64,000 nt of DNA from Eledone cirrhosa. Taxonomy: Eukaryota. Position 1 is the stretch's first letter. The number at the start of each line of letters is the position of its first letter. Under the pieces are notes generated by a model. It saw only the letters and a list, made by a program, of their open reading frames with translations. It made no database searches and was not told the origin of the DNA. The stretch lies in the NCBI GenBank assembly GCA_964016885.1, contig OZ024743.1:20522001-20586000 (forward strand). Direction: 5' to 3'. The translations under genes were made by a program, and so were the position numbers. Below, one piece after another: positions 12,471 to 25,727 of the stretch.

Positions 12471-14229
12471 TTGTAATATGGAAGAGTGATGGTTACGAAC
12501 ACATATGTTGAAAACCCTCACTACACAAGCATTGGTACAAAGATGAAAAGACACACATGCGGTTAAATGATTTTTCATTAAAAAAATACCAGAGTTGAAT
12601 GAAGTATGGTACATTCTGATGGGAAGAATTCTGGAAGTTAGTTACATAAGGATAACATTATGCTCTGGGTAGATATGGGGTTGCATTATGTAGAAAGGTG
12701 ATAAATTAGATTATAATTGAGGTGTGCAGTGTGGACAATTTGGGTAATAAGTATGGAAACTCCTTGAAGTTGAATGTATAAAAAAAATTAAGTAATTTGT
12801 AAAATTAGAATTATGAGGTAAGTATGGGTTGTATTAAACATAATTGGAAGGTTCTCAGAGCAACTCAAGTCATTGCTACTTAACTAACTATAAAGATGCC
12901 ATATTTGAATAGCAATTCAGCATGCTGGAAGCAATGTTGGGTAATTCAACTTGAAGGACTGCCCTTTGTTAACGAGATTATGTTAGCTTTCGGTTAGCTA
13001 AATGGAAAATGAGAGTAGGAATTACTGAGATATATAGAGTTTATTTCAGGGTCATATAATGACCAAATGTATACAGGTAATAATTAATGTTTAACTGGTA
13101 GATATAAGCTTTAAGTAGCACAGGATGGGGAATTGTTAATGCACATACAAGGATATACTTACATACATACATATGGTGCAATCATATAAATTATTTTATA
13201 GCGATATAAATATATATAGAGAGATATGTAATGCTAAATGTTGTCATATATGCTCAAATAAAAACATTAGGAAATATATATATAACCATAACTGTAGTAA
13301 AGAGGTAGATGCACCAATGTAGCTGTAAACTGATGCAAGTACACACACACACATACAAATGCATGTTTGTGTTAAAATATGTGTAGGGTTAGTGTGTGTG
13401 GGCTATTACACATGCATATGCTATAAATAAAAAGATATACTGAGGTATACACCCACATATATACATAAGGAGATACATATACATATATACATTTATTTGA
13501 AGCTGGTCAGGTAGATCCATTTTTTCTGTCAAGGGAGAGAAAGAAAAAGACTTTTGTTTACAATTGTTATGAAACAGCAATATCTGCTGTGTTGCAGAAA
13601 AAGGTTTTCCTTACAGCACACTACAGATGCAGTTAAGAAAGAATGCTGTTTTCAGTGCACAATTACCTTGAATAAATAAAAAATGAAGCACTATTTTTGC
13701 AAATCAAATGAATTGGTTGAGCAAATTCATGTTATTTAACGAGTATATATAGCTATTTGCTATATTTCTCTCCTTAGGCAGATCAAATGGTATTCTATCT
13801 CTGATGAGAATCAAATGAGATTTGAAACCGGTCAGCTAGATCCATTTGTTTATTGTCCACAGAGAAATGGAAAAAAGAAAACACTTGTTTACAATTGTCA
13901 CAAAGCAGTGATGGTTCCAATGTGTTTACTTTGAACAGTACTAGAGATATAATGGAGAAAGGAAACTTATATGAATGCATGTTTGGATAGATGTGTGTGT
14001 ATATATTTATATATATGTACACACACACATATATAAATATATATATATATATATAGTCATATATATGGTGTTGCTCAGTTCTTTGAGGACATTTGCATGA
14101 ATTTAGTAAAAAAACACATTAAGTCATGAAGAGCTTTACTTGAGAAAAAAATGGTATGAATAATCTTGAGACTCTTCTTGACACATCCACTCAATGAATC
14201 CACTGTTAGCTTCGATATCTGCTTCAATT

Positions 14230-14458
14230 TGGGGTCTTAAACGTTGATCGCTGGGTGAAGATGTACCTGTTAATCCCAGTGGGAGGAAGCCACAATAGAG
14301 GTAAACCAAGGAGGATCTGGGCAGAGGTGGTGAGAATTGATCTCAAATCCCTGGAACTGAAAGTGGAGATGACAATGGAACACAATGAATAGAGAGATGC
14401 TGTAAACCACCCATCCCACCCATGCAAGCATGGAAAAACATGTAAAAATGATGATGAT
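14230..14458 (+). mobile_element. RTE 3'-end fragment
   Basis: Translates RWVKMYL..PVGGSHNRGKPRRIWAEVV; tail CCCATGCAAGCATGGAAA...ATGATGAT. Confidence 0.75.
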
Positions 14459-15329
14459 ATCTATATATATATATATAAAAGAGTTCAGCCGTGAGTCAGT
14501 AATTCTGTACAATACCTTCACTCTACTTACCTAAGTATTGAGTATATAATGAAACAATGGTCTTACTAGTCTCAACTGATAACTCTCTATCTATATATAT
14601 GAATATATATATATATATATATATATGTGAGTGTATCATTCACCATCATCATCATTTAATGTCTGCTTTGGGTTGGACAGGCTTACACAGATTAAGTCAG
14701 TACTGAAGCAGGGCTACTGACCTGCCAAATAGGCCAGGGATCTGCATCTTGTTCAAGTATGATCTCATGTTCTACCAAATACACAAGATAAGCTATCATA
14801 TATTTGATACAGCTGAAGGGTCACCCCAACTCTTTTGCTGGATGCTATTCGCATCACCAACCACTTTATAGCATGTACTAGGTGCAGCTATCCTGTAGAT
14901 TACCAACACTAGGGAACATATCATGTAATTGACATGAATGAATGGTTTCTCTTGTATATAAGTATCTATGTATGTGTATATATACTGGAATTTATTCATA
15001 TGTTGTTGATGTAGAAAGCAACACATTGATTAACTAGAGGTAGCCTATTGAACGCTCTATGATGTACAAAATATATCTTTGTGTTATGGATTTTCAATGC
15101 ATTGGAACTGTATTCGAAGACATAATGTTGAAGCCACAAGGAGAATATCATTCCATAAATACTATCGGAAATAACACATATATAATAGAGTCTCCTCATT
15201 GTATTTTAATGTATGGGGGTTCAAAGTTTTCTCGGATCAATTTTTTATGGTTATGCCTTAAATGGAGCTTCAGTGAAGCTGCTGATTTACACATCAGGCC
15301 TTATTTAATGCAAATGACAGAAATTTGAG

Positions 15330-16475
15330 TGGAGACGGATGGAAGGCTTGATCATATCATCATTTTAGGTCTTAGATCCTAAAGATGGACTGGACGAGAT
15401 TTTTTAAATGTCTTCATACTTTCCTGGTGGACATTTCTCCATTTCCCATGGTCAGCAACTAGGGCTTCAAAAGATGTAAGAGGTATGTTTCCAGATTGTC
15501 TTTATATCTGTGTAATGAGTAATGGTCTGCTTACATTGTGTGCACCATTATGAAGTTCACTGTATAACAGTACATTGAGTGTGCGGTCCTTAGTCATCCA
15601 TAAGATAGATCCAGCCCATCTAAGTTAAAATTGTATCAGAAATGATTCAATCCCACTAATGTTGCACCTCGTGAACAGATCAGCATTGGAAACTGTCAGA
15701 AAGTGCATAACCTCAGATAGAGCAAAGACAATATTAGTGGAAAACATCAAGTTTATAAATATGGGTACATTAAAGTGATCGACTCTGAGCCATATAAAAG
15801 TGTTCTTGGTACCACTGCACAATAAACTGCAACTTTTATGTACAGAAATATACCTTTGACACCCTATAGATGATGACATAGTTTACCAAAAGTGTCAGTT
15901 ACTTTGGAGACAGAATTGATGATCTCATCATCCAGGGATGCAGAGGGGGTTCACATTGCTACCAAGATAAGTGAAAGAGTTCACATACTTCAGATCCTTA
16001 CCATCAACAGTGATGGGAATATGGTGATGCCCATACCCTAACTGTCCTTAACTTATTCTATTTGTCTTGGGTGGGGTGGGCTTTGATTTGATGTACCACC
16101 TCAATCTTCTTAATGCTGATTGTTAAACCAAATGCCTTACAGGCAAACAGGAAGCAGTTCATCAATACTTGTGCCTCTTTGAGGGATGTTGCAACAAGTG
16201 CAGCATCATCAGCAAATAGGAAATCATAAACGACACTTGTGTTGATGGTTGAATAACCTGCCTGATATATGGAATTCAAATCTTACACCAGTATCTAAGT
16301 TGCCAGATGCATACTGGAGTATTACAGAAAAGAACAAAGCAAAGAGAATAGGAGACATGACACAACCCTGCTTCATACCATTTGTAACACCAAAAGGGTC
16401 AGAGCATTCATCATTTGACATAAATGATTCTTTCATACCCTCATGAAAAGACATGATGACATGCAGCATATTGTC
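15330..16475 (-). mobile_element. Decayed RTE-like LINE of a second lineage (RT remnant)
   Basis: GMKQGCVMSPILF, FLFADDAALVA, FTYLGS and LRWAG..LLYSEL motifs with frameshifts. Confidence 0.85.
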
Positions 16476-16478
16476 AGG

Positions 16479-16790
16479 TCATCATCATCATGTTTCCACA
16501 ACGGGTGCAGCCAGTTGTTGGGGTGCTACTTTAGATGCTTTCCTAGTTAGCTGTCGCCACTGGTCTCTATTCTCTGTCGTGTGTAGAGGGTCTCGGTGTT
16601 GTGACCAGTCCAGTCTTTGATGTCGGACCAGCATTTTCTTTGTCTGCCTCTTGTTACCCTTCCTTGACTGTACCAGGCAACCATCTATCTTTTCACCATC
16701 ACCAGGAGTGGTTCCTGTCTGGCAACATATTTGATAACTTGCTTCTTCACAAAGCTGGTTGTTTTCTGCTCCATGTATGGGATGTATAAC
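16479..16790 (-). mobile_element. RTE/BovB-like 3' fragment
   Basis: Minus strand gives RGRQRKCWSDIKDWTG and ENRDQWRQL; ends in (TGA)n. Confidence 0.7.
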
Positions 16791-16949
16791 ATCCTACTGA
16801 AGCACAAATATTCTGAGCTTTTTGAGAATTATCCAGAGCGCTTTATGATTGACAGTGCCGCTATATATATACTGTATACATATGAGATTTGTCCCAAAAG
16901 AAAGAATACTGACTTTCTTATATACAACATTGTAACAAACAACTTTGAT

Positions 16950-18084
16950 GTATATAGGTGTGTTGGTAATGACCTTGACTGCAAGTACATACTTGTTTCA
17001 GCATGATCAATTGAGTTGGTCGTGAGTTATTGGTGTTTATGTACAGACATGTTGATAACCTGTTAGGTTTGTGATGTAGGAAAATATCGAACACCAGTCA
17101 CGATCAAATTTTATGTGAAACGACAAATCTGTCACTGAAACATTTAATTTTTTAACACAAGCTTATGGAGATGCCACTCCATTGAGAATTAGGGTTTTTA
17201 AGTGGCACAAAGCTTTCAAGGAGTGTTGAGAAAATGCTAAAGACGAACCTCATTTTGGAAGGCCAACCTCGTCAACAAATGAACAAAATGTGGAAGTGGT
17301 GCAAGTGGTAATAGCGAATGTTCACTGATTCAGTGAAAATGATTGCAGAAGAAACAAGATCAGAATTTTAACAGAGCATTTGCACATGTGAAAAATTTGT
17401 GCAAAACTAGTGCCCAAACACTTGTCTGTGGAGAAAAAAGCAAGCCGGTTAGAAATTTGGCTAAAATAATAACAGGAGATGAATCATGGGTGCTTGAGTA
17501 AGAGACAAAACAGCAAACTGATGTGTGGCACCTGAAAAATTTTCACATAAGCAGATCAAGGGTGAAAACTATAATTATCACTGTTTTTGACAGCCATGGT
17601 ATTGTTCATAAAACATTTTTACCTCCAGGATAGACGGTTAATCGCACCTTCAACAAAGATGTCTTGGAATCACTTCAGAAATGGGTCCAGCAAGTTCAAA
17701 AGGACATTGCTGGAGATTGGGTACTACACCACGATAACACTCTTGTCCATACAGCACTTTCAATTAGAGAATTCCTGGTGAAAAAAGAAATTCCCATTCT
17801 TCCACATCCTCCCTAAAGCTCAGACCTAGCTCCATGTGATTTCTACCTTTTCCCTAAGTTGAAATCGAAGTTGAAGGGTCATCATTTTGGGACTGAGGAA
17901 AACACACAAAAAAGTGTAACCAACTAGCTAAGGATGCTCACAGAAATTGACTTCCAGTATTGCTACAATCAATGGATAAAACATTAGAACCACTGTAAGT
18001 TCCCAACAGTTGTATTCTGAAGGAGTGAACTTGCAATTTCATGCACATCTAATATACATTTAAATAAAACATCAGTACCCTCGT

Positions 18085-18085
<1 letters not shown>
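16950..18085 (+). mobile_element. Decayed mariner-family transposon
   Basis: IKFYVK..ETFNFLTQAYGD, DEPHFGRP, IITGDESWV, LHHDN, HPP*SSDLAPCDFYLFPKLK; right end CCCTCGTA is typical of a mariner TIR terminus with TA. Confidence 0.9.
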
Positions 18086-18116
<31 letters not shown>

Positions 18117-18147
18117 GTATATGTATGTATGTATGCATCATATATAT

Positions 18148-18225
18148 GTGGTTTAGTGGTTTGAGAATTGGATTCACATTTGTGAAGTTACGAGTTCAAT
18201 TCCTGGACTGAGTGATGCGGCTTGT
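18148..18225 (+). mobile_element. SINE family A head fragment
   Basis: TGGTTTAGTGG A box and GAGTTCAATTCC B box. Confidence 0.55.
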
Positions 18226-18747
18226 AGATAATATCACCAATGGAATGACTAATGGAAACATTGTTTCTATGGTCCAATTTTACGAGCTCCCCCACCCACC
18301 CAGTAAGTGAATGAGATTTGGGATCCTGTCAATCATTTCCTAAGATATGTGCTGGTGACAGAAAATGAACAGTTCCACCTGCATGAGTAAAACATTGCAC
18401 TCAGTACACTATGTAAAGCATTTGGCATTAAGTAGAGCATCCAAATGTAGAAAACTTGCCAAAGAAGGAGTTGAATTGACTTTTCAATTGTGTCAATCTC
18501 TCTTGTGCCAGTCCTACAATAAAATGCAACTAGTACACCCTGTAAAATAAGGAATAGTGTCTAGCTTTAGTAAGCCTACAAATCAAAGAGTAGAGAGAAC
18601 TCATCAACTGTATCAAGGATATGACAGCTTCCCCATTACTTGTGCCACAGGAAATCATATTCAGTATATTCTGTAAGTGCTGGAATGTAAGTGATTTTGA
18701 GATGTCTAGCTCTGATTAAGTACTGACCTTGTCTGTGGACAATCCAT

Positions 18748-18976
18748 TTAACACTTTAGCATTTAAATCAGCCATATTCGGCCAGAATTCTCCCAGTTCT
18801 TTCTGTTCAAACCAGCCATAACTGACCACTCATACTGATGTTGAGGTATTGTTCTCAAAATAAATACCATCAAAATCTCATAGATTTGATATTATGTGAA
18901 ATAATTATGTGAGGTAAAGTCTTAAACTGTGAAAATATAATTATAATATAGAGTAATGTAATTGCTAAAGGGTTAA
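18748..18976. mobile_element. piggyBac-type MITE (TTAA target, CCCTTTAGCA-type TIR)
   Basis: TTAA-CACTTTAGCATT ... TGCTAAAGGG-TTAA; homologous copies at 43089 and 48815. Confidence 0.8.
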
Positions 18977-19461
18977 TCCATGCCTGTATGGAAAAGTGGA
19001 CATGAAATGATGATGCATTATATAATACATACACACATATACATACACACATATACATACACACACACACTCTTTCTTTCCCTCTCTCTCTATCTCTCTC
19101 TTGAATAAGGCTGAAATTGTGAAAGTTATTGCAATGCCAGTCAACATGCCTTGTGGAAATTCTTTCTGGCACTCAATGTTCTTTGGTTTCTTGGAGATCA
19201 GCATTGACAATCATTCTTCTGAGATCAATAGATAAAGTCCAATACTGAATATATATTTTTTTGCCTTCCTCACATTCTCTCCTCTATTTATCTCTTTCTC
19301 TCTCTGGAAGAAATCAGCTGTCTTCCGACCTGGAAAACGATGCGTTCTTCCAGGTTTAAAATGCACGATACATACAATATATCATGACACCACACTTCAG
19401 ACACCATCACGTGTTTAGGAATACTATGCATATTATATAATATATATATTATACATGTTAT

Positions 19462-19463
<2 letters not shown>

Positions 19464-19544
<81 letters not shown>
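19464..19544. repeat. (CA)n microsatellite
   Basis: Direct inspection. Confidence 0.95.
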
Positions 19545-19547
<3 letters not shown>

Positions 19548-19854
19548 ATATGTACATGTATAATTGTTTCTACTTATGTATAATGTATATATTTCAGGTG
19601 CAGGTATAAGTATGTAGTTAAGATGTTACCTTTCATTTCAGATACTTTGGGTTTCAGTTGTACTGCATTTCTATCTCATTGTGAGGCATTTCTTGGCAAG
19701 TATCTGCTGCTATAGCCTTGTATGACTAATGACTTGTTTAGTATGTTAAAAAGCAAAGCATTTCAGATATAGGCAAGTTGGAGGACAAAGATACTGCATT
19801 CTCTTAGAAATAAAATGTTGATGCATATTCTAAATCATTATCTCTTAATGCTAA

Positions 19855-20066
19855 TTCACTTACTGCCAATTCACCACCAAGGGTGGTGAATTGGCAGTAT
19901 CGGTAGAGGGTCAGACGCCATGCTTTCTAGCATAGTTATGTCCCTTTATGATATGAGTTCAAATCCCGCCGGGGTTAACTTTGCCTTTCATCCTTACGGG
20001 GTCGATAAAATAAAGTACCAGTAATGTACTGGGTAATTGCTGGCCTTGTGCCAAAAAGTAGAAACA
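19855..20066 (+). mobile_element. tRNA-derived SINE (family B) with 18-bp TSD
   Basis: TGGCAGTATCGG A box, GAGTTCAAATCCC B box; TSD ATTATCTCTTAATGCTAA at 19837-19854 and 20067-20084. Confidence 0.9.
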
Positions 20067-20591
20067 ATTATCTCTTAATGCTAAGAAGTGCATGATAGTG
20101 TGATGAATAAGAAAATTACTAACCATGGAAATCAAATCATCAAGGTTAAATGACATGTGTTGAAGGGCTCCAAATTTCTCATGTGTATAATTGTGATGAA
20201 ATTGCTTTTCAATATACCAAAATATCCAAGCATTTAAGAATGAAGCCTCTTAAGTTCTGGAACATTTGTAGCATTGTGTTCATGAATGGAGATAGTATGT
20301 GCTTTTCAAAGGTAGTAGTGGTATAAGCATAAGCAAATATCAAATGGCATAATATACTATTTATCAGTGCATAATTTCTATTCCAAAAAATCGTGTTTCA
20401 ACATATATATATATTTAATGACTGGTTTTTATTTGTGTTTTATTCCTGCAGTGCATAAACATCAGGAATATTTCCAAAACCTGTTTGCTGATGAGGCAAA
20501 TATGCTTCTAATTTGGAGCAATGCATCTGCTCACATTGAGAGTAATCTATATATAAATTTGAGCGATTTTCATCCATCTATCCACCACACA

Positions 20592-20599
20592 ATGTGTGT

Positions 20600-20678
<79 letters not shown>
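20592..20678. repeat. (TG)n microsatellite
   Basis: Direct inspection. Confidence 0.95.
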
Positions 20679-20681
<3 letters not shown>

Positions 20682-22727
20682 TTGTGTAAATGTATGTGTA
20701 TGTAAAAGGAAGGAGGGGGATGGTGAAAAAACTATAGCAAAACAGTGGCTGGCATTGCATTTGCTATGCTGTGTGTGAGTGTATGTATGTGTTTGTGTAA
20801 ATGCTTGTATGTATGTGCTTATGTGAATGTATATTAGTATGAATGTATGTCTGTGAGCGTGTATTTTGTGTGTCTGTGTTTGCACATTTATATTTATATA
20901 CTCATACATATAAATGTATGCATATGCACCCATGCACACACATATACACATACGCATCAGCATGTTGAAAAAATCCTAGTGATGATAAAATACAGTGTTA
21001 TGATCATACCTCTCAGTTTTACCTCCTAAAACCAGAAATTGGACCAATGTATGATTGTAACCTGAAAGTGTTTTTGTCAACAAAGGTATTTGGAGAAAAT
21101 TGTGAAAGAAGTGAACAATCTTATAAAAGACAAACAAACACAACAAAAATTCCATAATATTATAAGTTACAACCTGAAGTCTACATATTCAATTTAGAAG
21201 CTGCATGTAAGACCTTTAAAACTATCCCTCTGTCCAATTCTTGGATAAATCGTCCATGGGAGACTAAGCACTATAGTCCAGGAATGTACCTTACTTAGTT
21301 TTGGTATTTTCAGATAATTATCAATGGTATTTTGTACTTGTTTCCAATTTATATTTGAAGTTGTACCTCTAAAGCATCTTTTAAGAATGAATGCCAAGTT
21401 AATTTCTAATAAAGGTTATATGCCATAACTACCTTGCTGCTATATTACTATGTTGTCTGATAAAGATTCATAAAGTAGACATCTGTTAATTTTTTGAGCT
21501 GAGAAAGATTTTAAAGCAAATAAACATGAACTTTCAAAGGTTTTTGTATTATAAGCAGTGTTTGAAATGTATGTTAGAGGGATTTCCAAGGCTGGTCTGT
21601 ATATATTACTAGTCTAGAGACTTCAGGCATGCACTACGTTATTTGTTTTATATGAAAGTTAATTGCATTATTGTATCTCTTAGTTATCTATCACTACTAA
21701 GTTAAGCTTGTAATCTATTATTATGAGTACTAATGGGTGAAGGAGCAGCAAGCACATTAAGCTATGTTCTGTTATATTTGTGGATCCTTTGCATTAGAAA
21801 ATCAGCAACTATGTGTTACATATTTTTTGAGAAGAGCAAATTTTCTATATTTTCAGAGAGAAATTACAGGATCAAGATAACTATGCACATCACATTTTGT
21901 CTGCCAAATTAATATTATACATAAATTAATATTATACTGCCAAATTAATGTTATACATAAAAGTTACAAAAGAGAATGACTTTTGGCATGCCTCTCATCT
22001 GGTGAGAACCAACAAACCATCTTGAAGATAACTATTCTTTGAAGATAGAATGCTTAAACTTGCCCTTAGCCATAATACTTGACAACATTGTGCAAAAGTG
22101 GTGCTTCACATCAGAGATAAACTCTGAGGATTAAACTGATACATAACTTGCTGATGCAAGTCCACTTAAACTCTTCATATATTATCAGCAGCATCTTTTA
22201 ATGTCCATTTCCCCTGGCAGCAAGAGTTGCACAATTTGAATTAAATGATAAACATTGTGATTGATCTCTCAATGACTTAAAACTGAATCAAAATAACATG
22301 TTAGCTCCAAGAACAGCATTTAGTTCTCATCAATGTGGAAAACATATTTCTTGTAGTTGAAAAATGTCATTGTTTAGTTTTCTGTTATAAATTGCTGTTG
22401 AAGTGCAATGGGGTGTCAATATGATACTGGGTATTGCCCCAGTACTGTAGTTGTTGATAATAAGGCTGCTAAAGTTGTAGACACTAATACCAACCCAGCC
22501 ATAAAGACTCCATCTCATCCACACAAAGAAACTCACCGGACCCTCTCCCCCTCCATGTCCAAACAGCTAGCCTAAAGGCACCCATTTTTTAACCGCACAG
22601 CAGGTGACAATGCCTCTGCCATTGTAAATTTCATTAGTGCCATCCTTAGTAACAATTGTTGTTGTTACTGGTGCTATCTTCACTATACTTTTCTATTACT
22701 AATACACACCTCTTGGAGTTTATCTTC

Positions 22728-23270
22728 AGTGGATTGGCAGTATCGGTAGAGGGTCGGACGCCATGCTTTCCAGCATAGTTATGTCCCTTTACAATCTGAG
22801 TTCAAATCCCGCCGAGGTTGACTTTGCCTTTCATCCTTACGGGGTCGATAAAATGAAGTACCAGTAATGCACTGGGTAATTGCTGGCCTTGTGCCAAAAG
22901 TAGAAACAATTATTATACCTTCTATCCCTCTTGCTTTCTGTCCATTTTATATTTATCCACTACTTAATTTTTTCCATTATTATTATTCTGAGTTCAAATC
23001 CCGCCGAGGTTGACTTTGCCTTTCATCCTTACGGGGTCGATAAAATAAAGTACCAGTAATGCACTGGATAATTGCTGGCCTTGTGCCTAAAGTAGAAACA
23101 ATTATTATTAGAGTTACAGCCTTTTACGTTCTGAGTTCAAATCCCACTGAGGTTAGCTTTGCCTTACGGGGTCGATAAAATAAAGCACCAGTAATGCACT
23201 GGGGTCAATTTAATCGACTTTCCCATCCCCCCTAAATTGCTGGCCTTGTGCCTATAGTAGAAATCATTAT
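22728..23270 (+). mobile_element. Cluster of three family-B SINE copies (22728-22912, 22987-23105, 23113-23270)
   Basis: Repeated CTGAGTTCAAATCCC...ACGGGGTCGATAAAAT...GCTGGCCTTGTGCC...GTAGAAA. Confidence 0.9.
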
Positions 23271-23637
23271 TTATCTTTTACTCTTTACTCATTTATTTCC
23301 TTATTTTTTATTTGACAAGATGTTGAAGAAGAGTTAGGCCCATCATTTTGATTGTACCCTGAGCTGATCGATATTGAAACAATTGTAATATGCCACTCAC
23401 TAGCCTCTACTGTGCTCTTGTGTTTGTTTTCTTTTTTCTCTTGCTCTCCCTCTCTCTTACTCTCTCTGTCTCTTATTCTTTCAGTTTTCCTTATTTGTCA
23501 TCTCTACCTTTCCTTTACATTTCAACACCTTATGTAGCTCTAAATAGACATGTAGTACTTGTAAGTCATTTGTGTCCTCTCTTTACATTGCAATTGCATT
23601 TCTATTTAAAATCATACTCCTTTTAATTTCTTTTCAG

Positions 23638-23740
23638 TTAAAAAATTTTGTTTATATTAATGATGTTCCCATCAATAATGATTTCTTACATAGGTTCAGA
23701 AATTTACTGTCAGAAAATTATAATCACCAGTATATAGTTG
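23638..23740 (+). CDS. Candidate internal coding exon of an unidentified host gene
   Basis: Polypyrimidine-CAG acceptor, open frame LKNFVYINDVPINNDFLHRFRNLLSENYNHQYIV, G|GTATTT donor; no recognised homology. Confidence 0.25.
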
Positions 23741-24578
23741 GTATTTATTTTATTAATTCTGGAAGCCTGAGAGGCATCAATAAGGCCAGGGAAATGTACC
23801 ATAACTGCTATATCCTATTCACTATTGTCATTTTTGCTTAACTTCAGTGCTCATTGTTAATCAGTTTAGATTCTCTTATTCCAAAACATAGCTTAAGCTG
23901 GAAATGTCAAGGAACTTTCTATTTCCATTTCCAGTCTGTCAAACTAAGAACTATGTTTGCTTAACTTGTCATTCAGGTTTAGTTTCATTTTTGTTGTAAT
24001 TTTGCACCACCACAATATTTGATATTACAATAATGTATACAGTTGGATCTATTCTCCTCTACCTGCTTGGACATTACAACATTCTACTCTACTTTCAGTC
24101 TTACAGTTTTTATAGCATTGGTTTACTACTTTCTTTGGATTTACACTGCACTACTTCACTTCGATAAATAATTATATATATATATATAATCATCATTTAA
24201 ACGTCTGCTTTCCTTGTATAACTCTTATATATATATATATATATATATCATCATCATCATTATCATTTTACGTCCGCTTTTCCCTGCTTGTATGTAGGGA
24301 GAGTCTCAAGAACCATTTGGTGATGATTCAAACTCATTGCTACCATATTCTTCAGAATATATATTCTTTGATTCTTTTAATGGTTTCAATCTTTATATTG
24401 TGGTCGTACTGGGACATCTGCTTGCATTAGTTGATCATATTGACACTAGCATCTACAGTGCTTATTTCATTGATCTCTTTGTTTTGTCAAATCTCTAAAT
24501 TACAGAAAATATAATAGATGCAGGCACGGATACACAAATAAATATATGATATGCATATATATATATATATATACATAT

Positions 24579-24720
24579 ATAGGAAAAGGTTTAACCCCAT
24601 CGAAACGGCTTGAACTCTGCCGTTGGGGTTAAACTTTTTCCTATTACCCACTCTACTACCCTAAGTATTGAGTACTCTGTGGCGTTATGGTCCATCTAGT
24701 TCCTTACCACACTTCCTTCA
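24579..24720 (+). mobile_element. Short element with 5' hairpin, probable Penelope-like terminus (family of 63105-63296)
   Basis: 21-bp inverted arms, then TTCCTATTAC.CACTCTACTACCCTAAGTAT.GAGTACT shared with 63105-63296 (-). Confidence 0.65.
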
Positions 24721-24744
24721 TTTTATATATATATATATATATAT

Positions 24745-25006
24745 AATGACATATTGTCATTACTACTACAGAGATCCAACGAGCTTTTGATTCTAGAGTC
24801 GGGCCAAATCGATACAGATCGAACCGTGAGCAGATCAGTAGCGAAACTCGCGTTACCAACCAATAAACATAATGAAGGCGTAATCATTCGTCCTTGTATT
24901 ATTATATTACGTTCTGTCTAGCTCTATACCTCGATACTGACGTGAGCCTAAACATTGAGTGTTCACCTGGGTGAACCTTCACTAACTTTGTGTTACACTC
25001 CCTGGA
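24745..25006 (+). mobile_element. Short dispersed repeat, probable Penelope-like terminus
   Basis: Homologous to 6430-6655; CCAACGA-GCT...AGC-GAAAC hammerhead-like layout followed by AATAAA. Confidence 0.55.
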
Positions 25007-25317
25007 TATATATATATATATGCAATTTCCATCTACGAAACTCCAGTGGCAAGTCATAAGTAGAAGACACTTGCTCAAGATGCAGTGCAACAGGGATGAA
25101 CCCAAGACTATGTTTGCACAACAAACTCTGTAGCCCCCCAACAGACACACATACATGTGCAAATTTGCTACAGATAGCATCCATGTTTTTTGTTAGTTGA
25201 TTAAATTATCCTCAGTACATGACTATTACTTTAATTTATCAAGCCTGGAATGATGAAGAACAAAGTTAAATTGAACAGGATATGAACTTAGAACATTCAG
25301 AATTAAAGCCAATAATA

Positions 25318-25492
25318 ATTGTTTCTACTTTTGGCACAAGGCCAGCAATTACCCAGTACATTACTGGTACTTTATTTTATCAACCCTGTAAGGATGAATG
25401 GCAAAGTTAACCTCAGCAGGATTTGAACTCAGACCATAAAGGGTCGTAACTCTTTGCTGCAACCCTCTATCGATACTGCTAATCCACCGCCC
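25318..25492 (-). mobile_element. Family-B SINE
   Basis: Reverse complement of the 19882-20066 element; imperfect TSD AATTAAAGCYAATRATAAT. Confidence 0.9.
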
Positions 25493-25691
25493 AATTAAAG
25501 CTAATGATAATGCTAATGATGGGGATAGTGGTGATGATGATGATGTGGTGGCAGCACCAATTTGAAAATTGGGAGGGTTAAAGAAAACTCAGTGGGTTCA
25601 AGTACCTTAACAGAATATTGTAATTCAGGAATTATTAGAATATATTTTTTACTCTGCAGGCTGCCATTCTTTACAAGTATTATAATTAAAA

Positions 25692-25727
<36 letters not shown>

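Noticed and set aside
12158-12614. Pro/His-rich repeat ORFs
   Set aside because: Products of the 30-bp minisatellite; no splice or homology support.
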